Shown here: piece by piece, positions 1 to 8,290 of the stretch | Numbering within the stretch: the first letter of the stretch is position 1 | How the letters are laid out: every line of letters begins with the position of its first letter | Source: Dickeya solani IPO 2222 | GTDB taxonomy: Bacteria > Pseudomonadota > Gammaproteobacteria > Enterobacterales > Enterobacteriaceae | Direction of reading: 5' to 3' | Length of the DNA stretch: 32,000 nt | Assembly (NCBI RefSeq): GCF_001644705.1 | Contig: NZ_CP015137.1 | Location: forward strand, 870,001-902,000 | The notes under the pieces: generated by a model | Database searches by the model: none | Told to the model about the DNA's origin: nothing | The model's input: the letters and a program-made list of their open reading frames with translations, nothing else | Made by a program: the position numbers and the translations under genes

Positions 1-1
1 G

Positions 2-148
2 CGTCTGACGCAGTGGTGGGGAGAGTTTCAGGTCGCCGCACCGCCGCGCCAGCAGGTGATGTTGAACACACTGGATGACGGCCCATCGCCGCATCGCCGC
101 TCTCGCCGTCCGCGCAAGCGCCCAGCCCGCCGGGATAACGCCCGGTGA
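2..148 (+). CDS. pcnB: poly(A) polymerase I, C-terminal end (gene begins upstream of window)
   Basis: Frame +2 is open from the window edge and reads [48 protein letters not shown], the Arg-rich basic tail typical of enterobacterial PcnB. Its TGA (146-148) overlaps the folK GTG in a GTGA junction. pcnB-folK adjacency is conserved. Confidence 0.8.
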   Translation, partial: RLTQWWGEFQVAAPPRQQVMLNTLDDGPSPHRRSRRPRKRPARRDNAR

Positions 149-633
149 TCCGGGTTTATCTGGCGCTGGGCAGCAACCTGTCCGAGCCATTGCAACAGGT
201 GCGAGCCGCGCTAACCGCGCTGGACGCTATTCCGCACACCCGGCTGGCGCGCTGTTCGTCATTTTATCGCAGCCGCCCGCTCGGCCCGCAGGATCAGCCT
301 GATTATCTTAATGCCGTCGCCGAGTTGCAGACCGCGTTGCCGCCGGAAACGCTGCTGGACCACACCCAGCGCATCGAGCAGGAACAAGGACGGGTGCGTA
401 AGGAACACCGCTGGGGACCGCGTACCCTCGACCTCGATATTCTGCTGTTTGGCGATATGACGCTGCATACCGAACGGCTTACGGTACCGCACTATGACAT
501 GAAAAACCGTGAGTTCATGCTTTACCCGCTGGCTGAACTGGCGCCGGAACTGGTGTTTCCCGATGGAGAAGCGCTGGCGACGCGGTTACAACTGGTGCCA
601 CGCAACGGCCTGACCCGATGGGACGACCAATAA
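145..633 (+). CDS. folK: 2-amino-4-hydroxy-6-hydroxymethyldihydropteridine pyrophosphokinase (HPPK)
   Basis: 162-aa ORF with a GTG start. [12 protein letters not shown]...[16 protein letters not shown]...[19 protein letters not shown] matches FolK over its full length. Confidence 0.95.
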   Translation: MIRVYLALGSNLSEPLQQVRAALTALDAIPHTRLARCSSFYRSRPLGPQDQPDYLNAVAELQTALPPETLLDHTQRIEQEQGRVRKEHRWGPRTLDLDILLFGDMTLHTERLTVPHYDMKNREFMLYPLAELAPELVFPDGEALATRLQLVPRNGLTRWDDQ

Positions 634-794
634 CCGTCCTTTCCTCCTCCTGCTGACCACGATGCACGGCTGGCGCTAGATAAAATACCAATCTCTTGTT
701 TTACAAATAGAAATAGATCGCTGTTCCTGATGTCTGCCTTCCATTAGAATGACTCACCCTTGAACTGCCCTTGAGTTGACTCAGAAAGGTTGCC

Positions 795-1589
795 ATGAAA
801 GCGACGACTATTTCTCATCTGCGCCAGTGGAAACAGGAACAGAAAAAGTTCGCCACGTTAACGGCTTACGACGCCAGCTTCGCCCAGTTGTTTTATGAAC
901 AGGGCATCCGCGTAATGCTGGTGGGGGACTCTCTCGGTATGCCCGTACAGGGCCACGACTCGACCCTGCCCGTCACCATTGACGATATGGTTTATCACAC
1001 CCGTTGCGTACGGCGCGGCGCGCCGCATTGTTTGCTGTTATCCGACCTCCCCTTCATGGGTGCCGCCACGCCGGAACAAGCCTGCCAGCAAGCCGCCGCA
1101 CTGATGCGCGCCGGCGCCAATATGGTTAAAATCGAAGGCGGTAGCTGGCTCGTGCCGACCGTGCGTATGCTGACCGAACGCGCCGTCCCGGTGTGTGGAC
1201 ACCTGGGGCTGACCCCGCAGTCGGTCAATATCTTTGGCGGCTACAAAGTCCAGGGGCGCGATGAAGCCGCCGCCAGCCAACTGCTGGAAGATGCGTTGGC
1301 GCTGGAACAGGCGGGCGCTCAGTTGCTGGTGCTGGAATGCGTGCCGGTATCGCTGGCGCAGCGGGTGACCGACGCGCTCAGCATCCCGGTCATCGGCATC
1401 GGCGCCGGTAATGTCACCGACGGCCAGATTCTGGTAATGCACGACGCGCTGGGCGTGACCGGCGGCCATACGCCGAAATTCGCCCGCAATTTCATGGCGG
1501 AAGCGGCGGATATCCGCGCCGCCGTTCGCCTGTATGTGCAGGACGTCGAACAGGGAACGTTTCCCGATGAGAAATACAGTTTTGTTTAA
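795..1589 (+). CDS. panB: 3-methyl-2-oxobutanoate hydroxymethyltransferase
   Basis: 264-aa [15 protein letters not shown]...VGDSLGM...KIEGG motifs and full-length resemblance to PanB. SD-like GAAAGG lies upstream of the ATG. panBCD order is present. Confidence 0.96.
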   Translation: MKATTISHLRQWKQEQKKFATLTAYDASFAQLFYEQGIRVMLVGDSLGMPVQGHDSTLPVTIDDMVYHTRCVRRGAPHCLLLSDLPFMGAATPEQACQQAAALMRAGANMVKIEGGSWLVPTVRMLTERAVPVCGHLGLTPQSVNIFGGYKVQGRDEAAASQLLEDALALEQAGAQLLVLECVPVSLAQRVTDALSIPVIGIGAGNVTDGQILVMHDALGVTGGHTPKFARNFMAEAADIRAAVRLYVQDVEQGTFPDEKYSFV

Positions 1590-1604
1590 CTCAGGAGCAA
1601 GCGT

Positions 1605-2459
1605 GTGTTGATTATTGAAACGCCGGTGCTGCTGCGCCGAGAACTCCGCCGCTGGCGTCAGGAAGGGAAGCGTATCGCCCTGGTGCCCACTATGGGCAAC
1701 CTGCATGACGGACACCTGACGCTGGTGGACGAAGCCCGAGCCTGGGCCGACATCGTGGTGGTCAGTATTTTTGTCAATCCATTGCAGTTTAACCGGGCCG
1801 ACGATCTGGCCCGCTACCCGCGCACCCTGCAGGAAGACTGCGAGAAGCTGACGCGCCGCGGCGTTGATCTGGTATTCTCGCCCGCGCCGGACACCCTCTA
1901 CCCTAACGGCCTGCAACAGCAGACGTTTGTGGAAGTACCGGGGCTATCGCAGATGCTGGAAGGTGCCAGCCGTCCGGGGCATTTCCGTGGCGTCGCTACC
2001 GTCGTCAGCAAATTGTTCAATCTGGTGCAGCCGGACGTGGCCTGTTTTGGCGAAAAAGATTATCAGCAACTGGCGCTGATCCGTCAGATGGTGGCCGACA
2101 TGGACTACGACATCAGCATCGTCGGCGTGCCTATCGTGCGCGCTAAAGACGGCCTGGCGCTCAGTTCTCGCAACGGTTATCTCACCGCCGAAGAACGCCA
2201 GCAGGCACCGCAGCTTCACCGCATCATGAACGAGGTGGTGGCGCAATTAACCACCGGCGATCGGCAAATTGATGATATGCTCGCCAAAGCGTCAGAGGCG
2301 TTGCGTGACGCCGGATTCACGCCCGATGAGCTCTTTATCCGCGACGCCGCGACGCTGCAGCCGCTGACCATCGACAGTACCGGCGCTGTGGTGCTGATGG
2401 CGGCCTGGCTGGGCAAAGCGCGCCTGATTGACAACCAGCAGGTGGATTTGACCACCTGA
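1605..2459 (+). CDS. panC: pantoate--beta-alanine ligase
   Basis: 284-aa ORF with a GTG start preceded by [24 protein letters not shown] and FGEKDYQQ motifs of PanC. Confidence 0.96.
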   Translation: MLIIETPVLLRRELRRWRQEGKRIALVPTMGNLHDGHLTLVDEARAWADIVVVSIFVNPLQFNRADDLARYPRTLQEDCEKLTRRGVDLVFSPAPDTLYPNGLQQQTFVEVPGLSQMLEGASRPGHFRGVATVVSKLFNLVQPDVACFGEKDYQQLALIRQMVADMDYDISIVGVPIVRAKDGLALSSRNGYLTAEERQQAPQLHRIMNEVVAQLTTGDRQIDDMLAKASEALRDAGFTPDELFIRDAATLQPLTIDSTGAVVLMAAWLGKARLIDNQQVDLTT

Positions 2460-2484
2460 TTTTTCCAACCAGAGTGACAGACCG

Positions 2485-2865
2485 ATGATTCGAACCATGC
2501 TGCAAGGTAAACTGCACCGGGTGAAAGTAACCCAGGCGGATTTACATTATGAAGGGTCCTGCGCCATCGATCAGGATTTTATGGACGCCGCCGGTATTCT
2601 TGAATACGAAGCGATCGACATCTACAACGTGGACAACGGCCACCGTTTCTCCACCTACGCGATCGCCGCTGAACGCGGCTCCCGCATTATCTCCGTCAAC
2701 GGCGCAGCCGCGCGATGCGCCTGCGTCGGCGACAAGCTGATTATCTGCTCCTATGTGCAGATGCCGGACGAGCAAGCGCGCGAGCACCACCCGAAGGTCG
2801 CCTATTTTGGCGACAACAATACGCTGCAGCGCACCGCCAAAGCCATTCCGGTGCAGATCGCCTGA
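2485..2865 (+). CDS. panD: aspartate 1-decarboxylase proenzyme (pyruvoyl-dependent)
   Basis: 126-aa [32 protein letters not shown] contains the Gly24-Ser25 self-cleavage site. Confidence 0.96.
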   Translation: MIRTMLQGKLHRVKVTQADLHYEGSCAIDQDFMDAAGILEYEAIDIYNVDNGHRFSTYAIAAERGSRIISVNGAAARCACVGDKLIICSYVQMPDEQAREHHPKVAYFGDNNTLQRTAKAIPVQIA

Positions 2866-2884
2866 ATCATTGCGCCGATAAAAA

Positions 2885-2912
2885 AAGCGGGACGGCACAC
2901 GCCATCCCGCTT
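2885..2912. terminator. hairpin between the convergent panD and yadH genes
   Basis: aagcgggacggc-acac-gccatcccgctt: a 12-bp stem with one mismatch and an A-run on the left flank, which becomes a U-tract for the minus-strand yadGH transcript. Confidence 0.6.
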
Positions 2913-2934
2913 CACATCCGATCAAACTGCCTGA

Positions 2935-3705
2935 TTAACTGCGCAAGCCGCGCCCACGCTCAATCAGCCACCAGCTCAGCCCGTAGAACACCACGATAAA
3001 CGCCAACAGCACCGCCAACGTCAATGCCAGCGGCACATCATGAATGCCCAGGAATCCGAAGCGGAAGCCGCTGATCATATAAACGACCGGGTTCAGTTTG
3101 GACACTGCCTGCCAGAACGGCGATAGCAACGACAGCGAATAGAACACACCGCCCAGATACGTCAGCGGCGTCAGCACGAAGGTGGGAATCAGGCTGATGT
3201 CGTCGAAGGTTTTGGCGAACACCGCGTTGATCAGCCCCGCCAGCGAAAACAGCATCGACGTCAGCAACAGTGTCACCACTACCATCCACCAGGCATGTAC
3301 GTGCAGCGGCACAAAGAACAGCGACACCGCCGTAACCAGCACGCCGACGCAGATGCCGCGCGCCATGCCGCCGCCGACGTAACCGGCGATGATGATGTGC
3401 GTCGGCACCGGCGCCACCAGCAGCTCTTCGATATTACGCTGGAATTTGGCGCTGAAAAATGACGACGCAACGTTGGCATAGGCATTGGTAATCACCGACA
3501 TCATGATCAACCCCGGCACGATGAACTGCATGTAACTAAAGCCGTTCATCTCGCCGATACGGCTGCCGACCAGATTGCCGAAGATGACAAAATACAGCGA
3601 CATGGTAATCACCGGCGGCAACAATGTCTGGATCCAGATCCGGGCGAAGCGGTTGATTTCCTTGCTCCAGATGCTCTGCAGCGCCACCCAATATAACCCC
3701 ATCAT
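2935..3705 (-). CDS. yadH: ABC-2 type transporter permease
   Basis: 256-aa polytopic ORF. MMGLYWVALQSIWSKEINRF... matches YadH. ATGA overlap with the yadG stop. Confidence 0.92.
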   Translation of the reverse strand: MMGLYWVALQSIWSKEINRFARIWIQTLLPPVITMSLYFVIFGNLVGSRIGEMNGFSYMQFIVPGLIMMSVITNAYANVASSFFSAKFQRNIEELLVAPVPTHIIIAGYVGGGMARGICVGVLVTAVSLFFVPLHVHAWWMVVVTLLLTSMLFSLAGLINAVFAKTFDDISLIPTFVLTPLTYLGGVFYSLSLLSPFWQAVSKLNPVVYMISGFRFGFLGIHDVPLALTLAVLLAFIVVFYGLSWWLIERGRGLRS

Positions 3706-4625
3706 GCTTTATCTCCGTTGTTATTGAGCAGAGCGACAAACAGTTCTTCCAGGCGATTGGCCTTGTTACGCATACTGAGAACCTGAATGCCTTGCGCGCT
3801 GAGCTGGCTGAAAATGCCGTTCAGCCCCTGCTCGCGCCTCACGTCCACTTCCAGCGTAGAGGTATCCACCAGCCGGTGCTGATAACCTTCCAGCCTGGGA
3901 AGCGCGCTCTTCGCCGCCAGATCGAAAAAGAAGGTTTCCGATTGCAGCTTGGCCAGCAGCGCCTTCATCGAGGTGTTCTCCACCAGTTGCCCAGACTGGA
4001 TGATGCCGATATTACGGCACAGCATTTCCGCTTCTTCCAGATAATGGGTGGTCAGGATGATGGTGGTGCCCTGCCCGTTGAGCTCTTTGAGAAACCCCCA
4101 CATTGAGCGCCGCAATTCGATGTCCACCCCGGCGGTCGGCTCGTCAAGAATCAGCAGCTTGGGTTCATGCATCAATGCGCGGGCGATCATCAGCCGGCGC
4201 TTCATGCCGCCGGACAGCATGCGGGCGCGATCGTTGCGCTTGCCCCACAGGTCGAGCTGGTTGAGGTATTTTTCGGCGCGCCGCAACGCTTCCTGCCGGG
4301 GAACGCCGTAGTAACCGGCCTGATTGACCACAATTTGCATCACGGTCTCGAACGGATTGAAGTTGAATTCCTGCGGCACTAGCCCCAGTTGCCGCTTAGC
4401 GTTCACGATATCCCGGTCCAGATCGTGGCCGAACACCTGAATCCTGCCGTCGGTCTTGTTGACCAGTGAACTGATGATGCCGATAGTGGTGGACTTGCCG
4501 GCGCCATTGGGGCCCAGCAGTGCATAGAAGTCCCCGGCCTCAACGCGCAGGTCGATGCCGCGCAGCGCGCGGACGCCTCCCGGATACGTCTTGGTCACAT
4601 TCGCCAATTCCAGTGCATATGTCAT
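3702..4625 (-). CDS. yadG: ABC transporter ATP-binding protein (ABC-2 exporter partner)
   Basis: 307-aa ORF. Walker A GPNGAGKST, signature LSGGMKRR, Walker B LLILDEPT. Synteny yadG-yadH next to can. Confidence 0.93.
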   Translation of the reverse strand: MTYALELANVTKTYPGGVRALRGIDLRVEAGDFYALLGPNGAGKSTTIGIISSLVNKTDGRIQVFGHDLDRDIVNAKRQLGLVPQEFNFNPFETVMQIVVNQAGYYGVPRQEALRRAEKYLNQLDLWGKRNDRARMLSGGMKRRLMIARALMHEPKLLILDEPTAGVDIELRRSMWGFLKELNGQGTTIILTTHYLEEAEMLCRNIGIIQSGQLVENTSMKALLAKLQSETFFFDLAAKSALPRLEGYQHRLVDTSTLEVDVRREQGLNGIFSQLSAQGIQVLSMRNKANRLEELFVALLNNNGDKA

Positions 4626-4751
4626 AGCTGAAAGCGTGCCTTATTATCAGTTAGCGGGTCGAGAACAGACCCAGTTTTCGATTTCAAAACCCCTGTGATT
4701 GCTCTATATTACCCTGCACCGCCCTTTTGTTGTTACAGGTCCTTTACTTTC

Positions 4752-5393
4752 ATGAAAACAATAGAAACGCTGATCGCCAATAACCAGCAATGGTCTGAAA
4801 CGATAGTGAAAGAAGACCCTGATTATTTTGAACGGCTGGCGTTAGCCCAGCGTCCCCGCTTTCTGTGGATTGGCTGCTCGGACAGCCGGGTTCCCGCCGA
4901 AAGCCTGACCAGCCTCGAACCGGGCGAACTGTTCGTTCACCGTAACGTGGCCAATCTGGTGGTCCATACCGATCTTAACTGCCTGTCCGTGGTGCAGTAC
5001 GCCGTAGAAGTACTGGAAGTGGAGCACATCATCATTTGTGGCCACTACGGCTGCGGCGGCGTACAGGCCGCGGTTGAAAACCCGGAACTGGGGCTGATCA
5101 ACAACTGGCTGCTCCACATCCGTGACCTGTGGTATAAGCACAGCTCATTGCTGGGAGAATTGCCACCCGAACAGCGCTTTAACAAACTGTGTGAAATTAA
5201 TGTTGTGGAGCAGGTCTATAATCTGGGCCATTCCACCATCATGCAGTCGGCCTGGAAACGCGGCCAAAAGGTGACGATTCATGGCTGGGTCTACGGGATT
5301 CAGGATGGGCGTCTGCGTGACCTGGAAGTCACCGCCACCAGCCGCGAAACGCTGGAGCAGCGTTACCGCCGTGCGGTCTCGTCGCTGCTGTAA
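4752..5393 (+). CDS. can: beta-class carbonic anhydrase 2
   Basis: The ORF track opens at 4695, but homology starts at the ATG at 4752 ([14 protein letters not shown]...). CSDSRVP and HYGCGG zinc-ligand motifs are present. Confidence 0.93.
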   Translation: MKTIETLIANNQQWSETIVKEDPDYFERLALAQRPRFLWIGCSDSRVPAESLTSLEPGELFVHRNVANLVVHTDLNCLSVVQYAVEVLEVEHIIICGHYGCGGVQAAVENPELGLINNWLLHIRDLWYKHSSLLGELPPEQRFNKLCEINVVEQVYNLGHSTIMQSAWKRGQKVTIHGWVYGIQDGRLRDLEVTATSRETLEQRYRRAVSSLL

Positions 5394-5401
5394 TCAGGCT
5401 C

Positions 5402-5429
5402 ATCGCGCCCATGCCAGCATGGGCGCGAT
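5402..5429. terminator. bidirectional hairpin between the convergent can and hpt genes
   Basis: Perfect 12-bp stem atcgcgcccatg-ccag-catgggcgcgat. Confidence 0.65.
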
Positions 5430-5436
5430 TGATGCT

Positions 5437-5970
5437 TTACTGCGGGATGACCTTGCCGATAAACGGCAGATGGCGATAGCGCTGGGCATAATCGATGCCA
5501 TACCCCACCACAAATTCGTCAGGGATTGAGAAACCAATCCATTCTACCGGTACCTGAACTTCACGGCGTGACGGCTTATCCAACAGCGTACAGATGGCCA
5601 GCGACGCCGGTTCGCGCAGTTGCAGAATTTCGCGCACCTTGCTCAACGTATTGCCGGAGTCGATGATGTCTTCGACAATCAGCACATCTTTACCGCGGAT
5701 ATCCTCATCAAGATCCTTCAGAATCTTCACGTCGCGCGACGAGTTCATGCCGCCGCCGTAACTGGAGGCGGTCATAAAATCCACCTCGTGGGAAAGATCA
5801 ATGGCGCGGCACAGATCGGCCATAAACACAAAGGAGCCGCGCAGCAGTCCCACCAGCACCATATCGTTGCCGCTGTTGCGGTAATGCTCGCTGATTTGGC
5901 GCCCGAGTTCGGCCACCCGCGCCTTGACCTCCTGTTCGGAGATCATGACGTCCACCGTATGTTTCATCAT
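5437..5970 (-). CDS. hpt: hypoxanthine phosphoribosyltransferase
   Basis: 177-aa [21 protein letters not shown]-binding motif. Near full-length identity to remembered E. coli Hpt. The start could be the second Met, at 5967. Confidence 0.95.
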   Translation of the reverse strand: MMKHTVDVMISEQEVKARVAELGRQISEHYRNSGNDMVLVGLLRGSFVFMADLCRAIDLSHEVDFMTASSYGGGMNSSRDVKILKDLDEDIRGKDVLIVEDIIDSGNTLSKVREILQLREPASLAICTLLDKPSRREVQVPVEWIGFSIPDEFVVGYGIDYAQRYRHLPFIGKVIPQ

Positions 5971-6116
5971 ACTGACAACTCACAGAAAAAAGGTATCCAG
6001 TATCGGCCGCTGGGGCCATACTCCGATGCTGACACACAGCCAGGCTGTGCCGCAATTCATCACGGCGCGCAGTATAACAGAAAGCCTGGGCTCACCCACC
6101 CCATAGCGGAGAGAGC

Positions 6117-6569
6117 ATGACATCCTTATCGTCTTCAATGGCTGACAACGTCATCACCTATAAAGTGAACGACCCCATCAATGTCGATCAGTTTATCCAC
6201 CTGCTTAACCGAACCTCACTGGGTCCGAGACGACCGCTGGATCAACGGGATACCCTCGCCGGCATGCTAACCGAAACGGACCTGCTGGTGACGGCGTGGC
6301 GTGGCGATGAACTGGTGGGCGTGGCGCGCAGCGTGACGGATTATCACTTTTGCTGCTACCTGTCCGACTTGGCGGTGGATGAAACCTGTCAACATGGCGG
6401 CATCGGTCGTCAGCTTATCGCGCATACCGTACAGCAGCTCAAACCACAGTGCCGTCTGATTCTGATTGCCGCGCCTCAGGCCGTGGACTATTACCCCAAA
6501 ATCGGCTTTGAGGCGCACCCCAGCGCCTGGCACATTCTGGCGGGCGATTTTCTTGCACTGAAGCGTTGA
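6117..6569 (+). CDS. GNAT family N-acetyltransferase
   Basis: 150-aa ORF. The acetyl-CoA motif-A-like segment VDETCQHGGIGRQLI is followed by YYPKIGF. The start is uncertain (ATG 6117 or 6138). Confidence 0.75.
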   Translation: MTSLSSSMADNVITYKVNDPINVDQFIHLLNRTSLGPRRPLDQRDTLAGMLTETDLLVTAWRGDELVGVARSVTDYHFCCYLSDLAVDETCQHGGIGRQLIAHTVQQLKPQCRLILIAAPQAVDYYPKIGFEAHPSAWHILAGDFLALKR

Positions 6570-6725
6570 GGCCTCCGCGAGGCTTGCCGAGTGTGGTGAA
6601 AATATCAACATATTTGCAAGAGAGTCAGGATTTCGTTATCGGCAGATAAAAGAGGGTAAAACGCGTTGCGCCACATCGGTACAAGGTCTTTTATATGTCA
6701 TGACCAACCTATGGAGAGGTGTAAC

Positions 6726-7061
6726 ATGACATCACTATCGAAAATTTGCCGTACCGCCGCGCTCATCGCCGGTATTTCCCTGATCTCCGCCATATCCGTG
6801 GCCTCCGCTCATCCGGAAGGCGCCGAGCCGCCAGCGTTCGGCAAACCGGGCGCATTTCCACCACCGCCCGGATTCCCGCCGCCGCTGCCTGCGCTGTACC
6901 AGGCGTCGCTGCAGGCGACCGACCCGGTGCAGGCGGTCAACAAGCTGGTTGCCAACGTGCCGCAAGGCAATGGTAAAACCTATGAAGTCAGCATCAGCGT
7001 GCGGGAAATCCCCCCCATGCCTCAGCCGGAACCGCACGCGCCGAATGCTGCCAACAAATAG
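6726..7061 (+). CDS. small secreted proline-rich protein, function unknown
   Basis: ATG at 6726 is preceded by GGAGAGG. The N-terminus MTSLSKICRTAALIAGISLISAISVASA/HPEG looks like a Sec signal peptide with an ASA cleavage site. The mature part of about 83 aa is Pro-rich (PPPPGFPPPLP, PPMPQPEP). I recognise no family. Confidence 0.55.
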   Translation: MTSLSKICRTAALIAGISLISAISVASAHPEGAEPPAFGKPGAFPPPPGFPPPLPALYQASLQATDPVQAVNKLVANVPQGNGKTYEVSISVREIPPMPQPEPHAPNAANK

Positions 7062-7218
7062 CGTCGAGTGTGGAAATAGCGTCGCGCATGAAAGCACCGA
7101 AGCCTTGATGACCATGCCGACAGCACGAAGAAAGCAGCAGAACGGTGAGCGCCTGTGTTGAACAAGGCCGTTAGCAGGCACTCCCGGTGTTCGACGGATA
7201 AGGCGGGCCTGACGCCCG

Positions 7219-8283
7219 CTACTCCTGCGAACTGACCACCGTTTCCGGCGGAAACAGAACGGGTTGATCGGTGCGAATACTAAGCCGAACCGGCTGCCCC
7301 GGCTCAAACCAGTTACCGCTTTGCACCTGCAGCGCCAGCTCATTGACCCGGACACGGTAAAAATTGCTGGTTCCCATAAACAACCGATCTTCGATTACGC
7401 CCGAACCTTCCTCATCCAGCGCCAGCGCAATCTCTTGCGGACGAATCAGCCAGTCATAACGTGCGCCATGCGGCAGTTTCAACGCTCTCGTCGCCTGATG
7501 CTCGCCGAGAAAACTCTGCCATTGCCGATCACCGCTGATCTTCACCGGCAGGTAGTTGGTGTTGCCCATAAAACTTGCCACATAACGGTTGACCGGTCGG
7601 TAGTAGAGATCGGCGGAAAAACCCTGCTGCACAATACCGCCGTCATGGATCAGGATCAGGTGATCGGCAAAAGCAAAGGCATCCTCCCGATCGGACGTCG
7701 CAAACAGCGTGGCAATCTGACGCTGCCGCAGGATTTGGCGTAGCTCACTGATCAAGCGGTAACGGATTTGGCTGTCAACGGAGGAAAAAGGCTCATCCAG
7801 CAGCAACAGTTTGGGCTGACACGCCAGCGCGCGGGCGAGCGCCGCGCGCTGATTCTGCTCTCTGGACAGCTCATGGGGATAACACCGGGTAAAGGTTTCC
7901 AGTTGCATCAACCCTACCGCATCCATCGCCAGGGTGCTGACCTCTTCAGATGACTTGCCGCGCAGCCCAAAGGTGATGTTCTCCATGACCGTCAGATGGG
8001 GAAACAGCACATCATCCTGAAACACCATCCCTACGACGCGTGGCGACGGCTCGGCGCTCTGCGCCTGAGAATCCGCCGTCTGACCGGCGATGACTATTCT
8101 GCCTTGTTCCTGCGACAGCAGACCCGCTATCGATTTCAACAGCGTGGTTTTACCATCGCCGCTGGCCCCGAGCAGGCACACCATTTCGCCTTCATGCACC
8201 GAAAAACTCACGTTTTCCAACACGGAAAGTTGCGGATAGCGGCAACTGAGCGAGGCTATCGTTAAAATCTCCGGGGTCGCCAT
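7219..8283 (-). CDS. ABC importer ATP-binding protein, FbpC/PotA-like with a C-terminal TOBE-type domain; atypical catalytic motifs
   Basis: 354-aa ORF. Motifs: Walker A GASGDGKT, Q-loop FQDDVLFPHLTV, Walker B LLLLDEPFSSVD. The signature reads LSREQ (7855-7869) and the H-loop reads ATSD (Ser codon 7693-7695) instead of LSGGQ and THD. SD GGAAGGA lies upstream of the ATG. Confidence 0.85.
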   Translation of the reverse strand: MATPEILTIASLSCRYPQLSVLENVSFSVHEGEMVCLLGASGDGKTTLLKSIAGLLSQEQGRIVIAGQTADSQAQSAEPSPRVVGMVFQDDVLFPHLTVMENITFGLRGKSSEEVSTLAMDAVGLMQLETFTRCYPHELSREQNQRAALARALACQPKLLLLDEPFSSVDSQIRYRLISELRQILRQRQIATLFATSDREDAFAFADHLILIHDGGIVQQGFSADLYYRPVNRYVASFMGNTNYLPVKISGDRQWQSFLGEHQATRALKLPHGARYDWLIRPQEIALALDEEGSGVIEDRLFMGTSNFYRVRVNELALQVQSGNWFEPGQPVRLSIRTDQPVLFPPETVVSSQE

Positions 8284-8290
8284 AACTTAT

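Noticed and set aside
1038-1916. 292-aa ORF antisense to panB/panC
   Set aside because: It lies opposite two strongly conserved genes. The translation is Arg/Gly/His/Gln-rich low-complexity with no motif, SD or homology I recognise. This is the typical stop-poor antisense frame of GC-rich coding DNA.
6117-6569. The GNAT as the toxin of a GNAT/RHH (TacT/AtaT-like) toxin-antitoxin pair
   Set aside because: There is no small RHH/DUF1778-type antitoxin ORF upstream or overlapping. The gene is divergent from hpt and stands alone, so there is no support for a TA module.
6735-7355. 206-aa minus-strand ORF overlapping the small secreted-protein gene and the 3' end of the ABC ATPase
   Set aside because: The translation is Arg-rich junk, and it overlaps the ATPase coding end out of frame. 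The plus-strand gene has an SD and a clean signal peptide, so that is the one I call.
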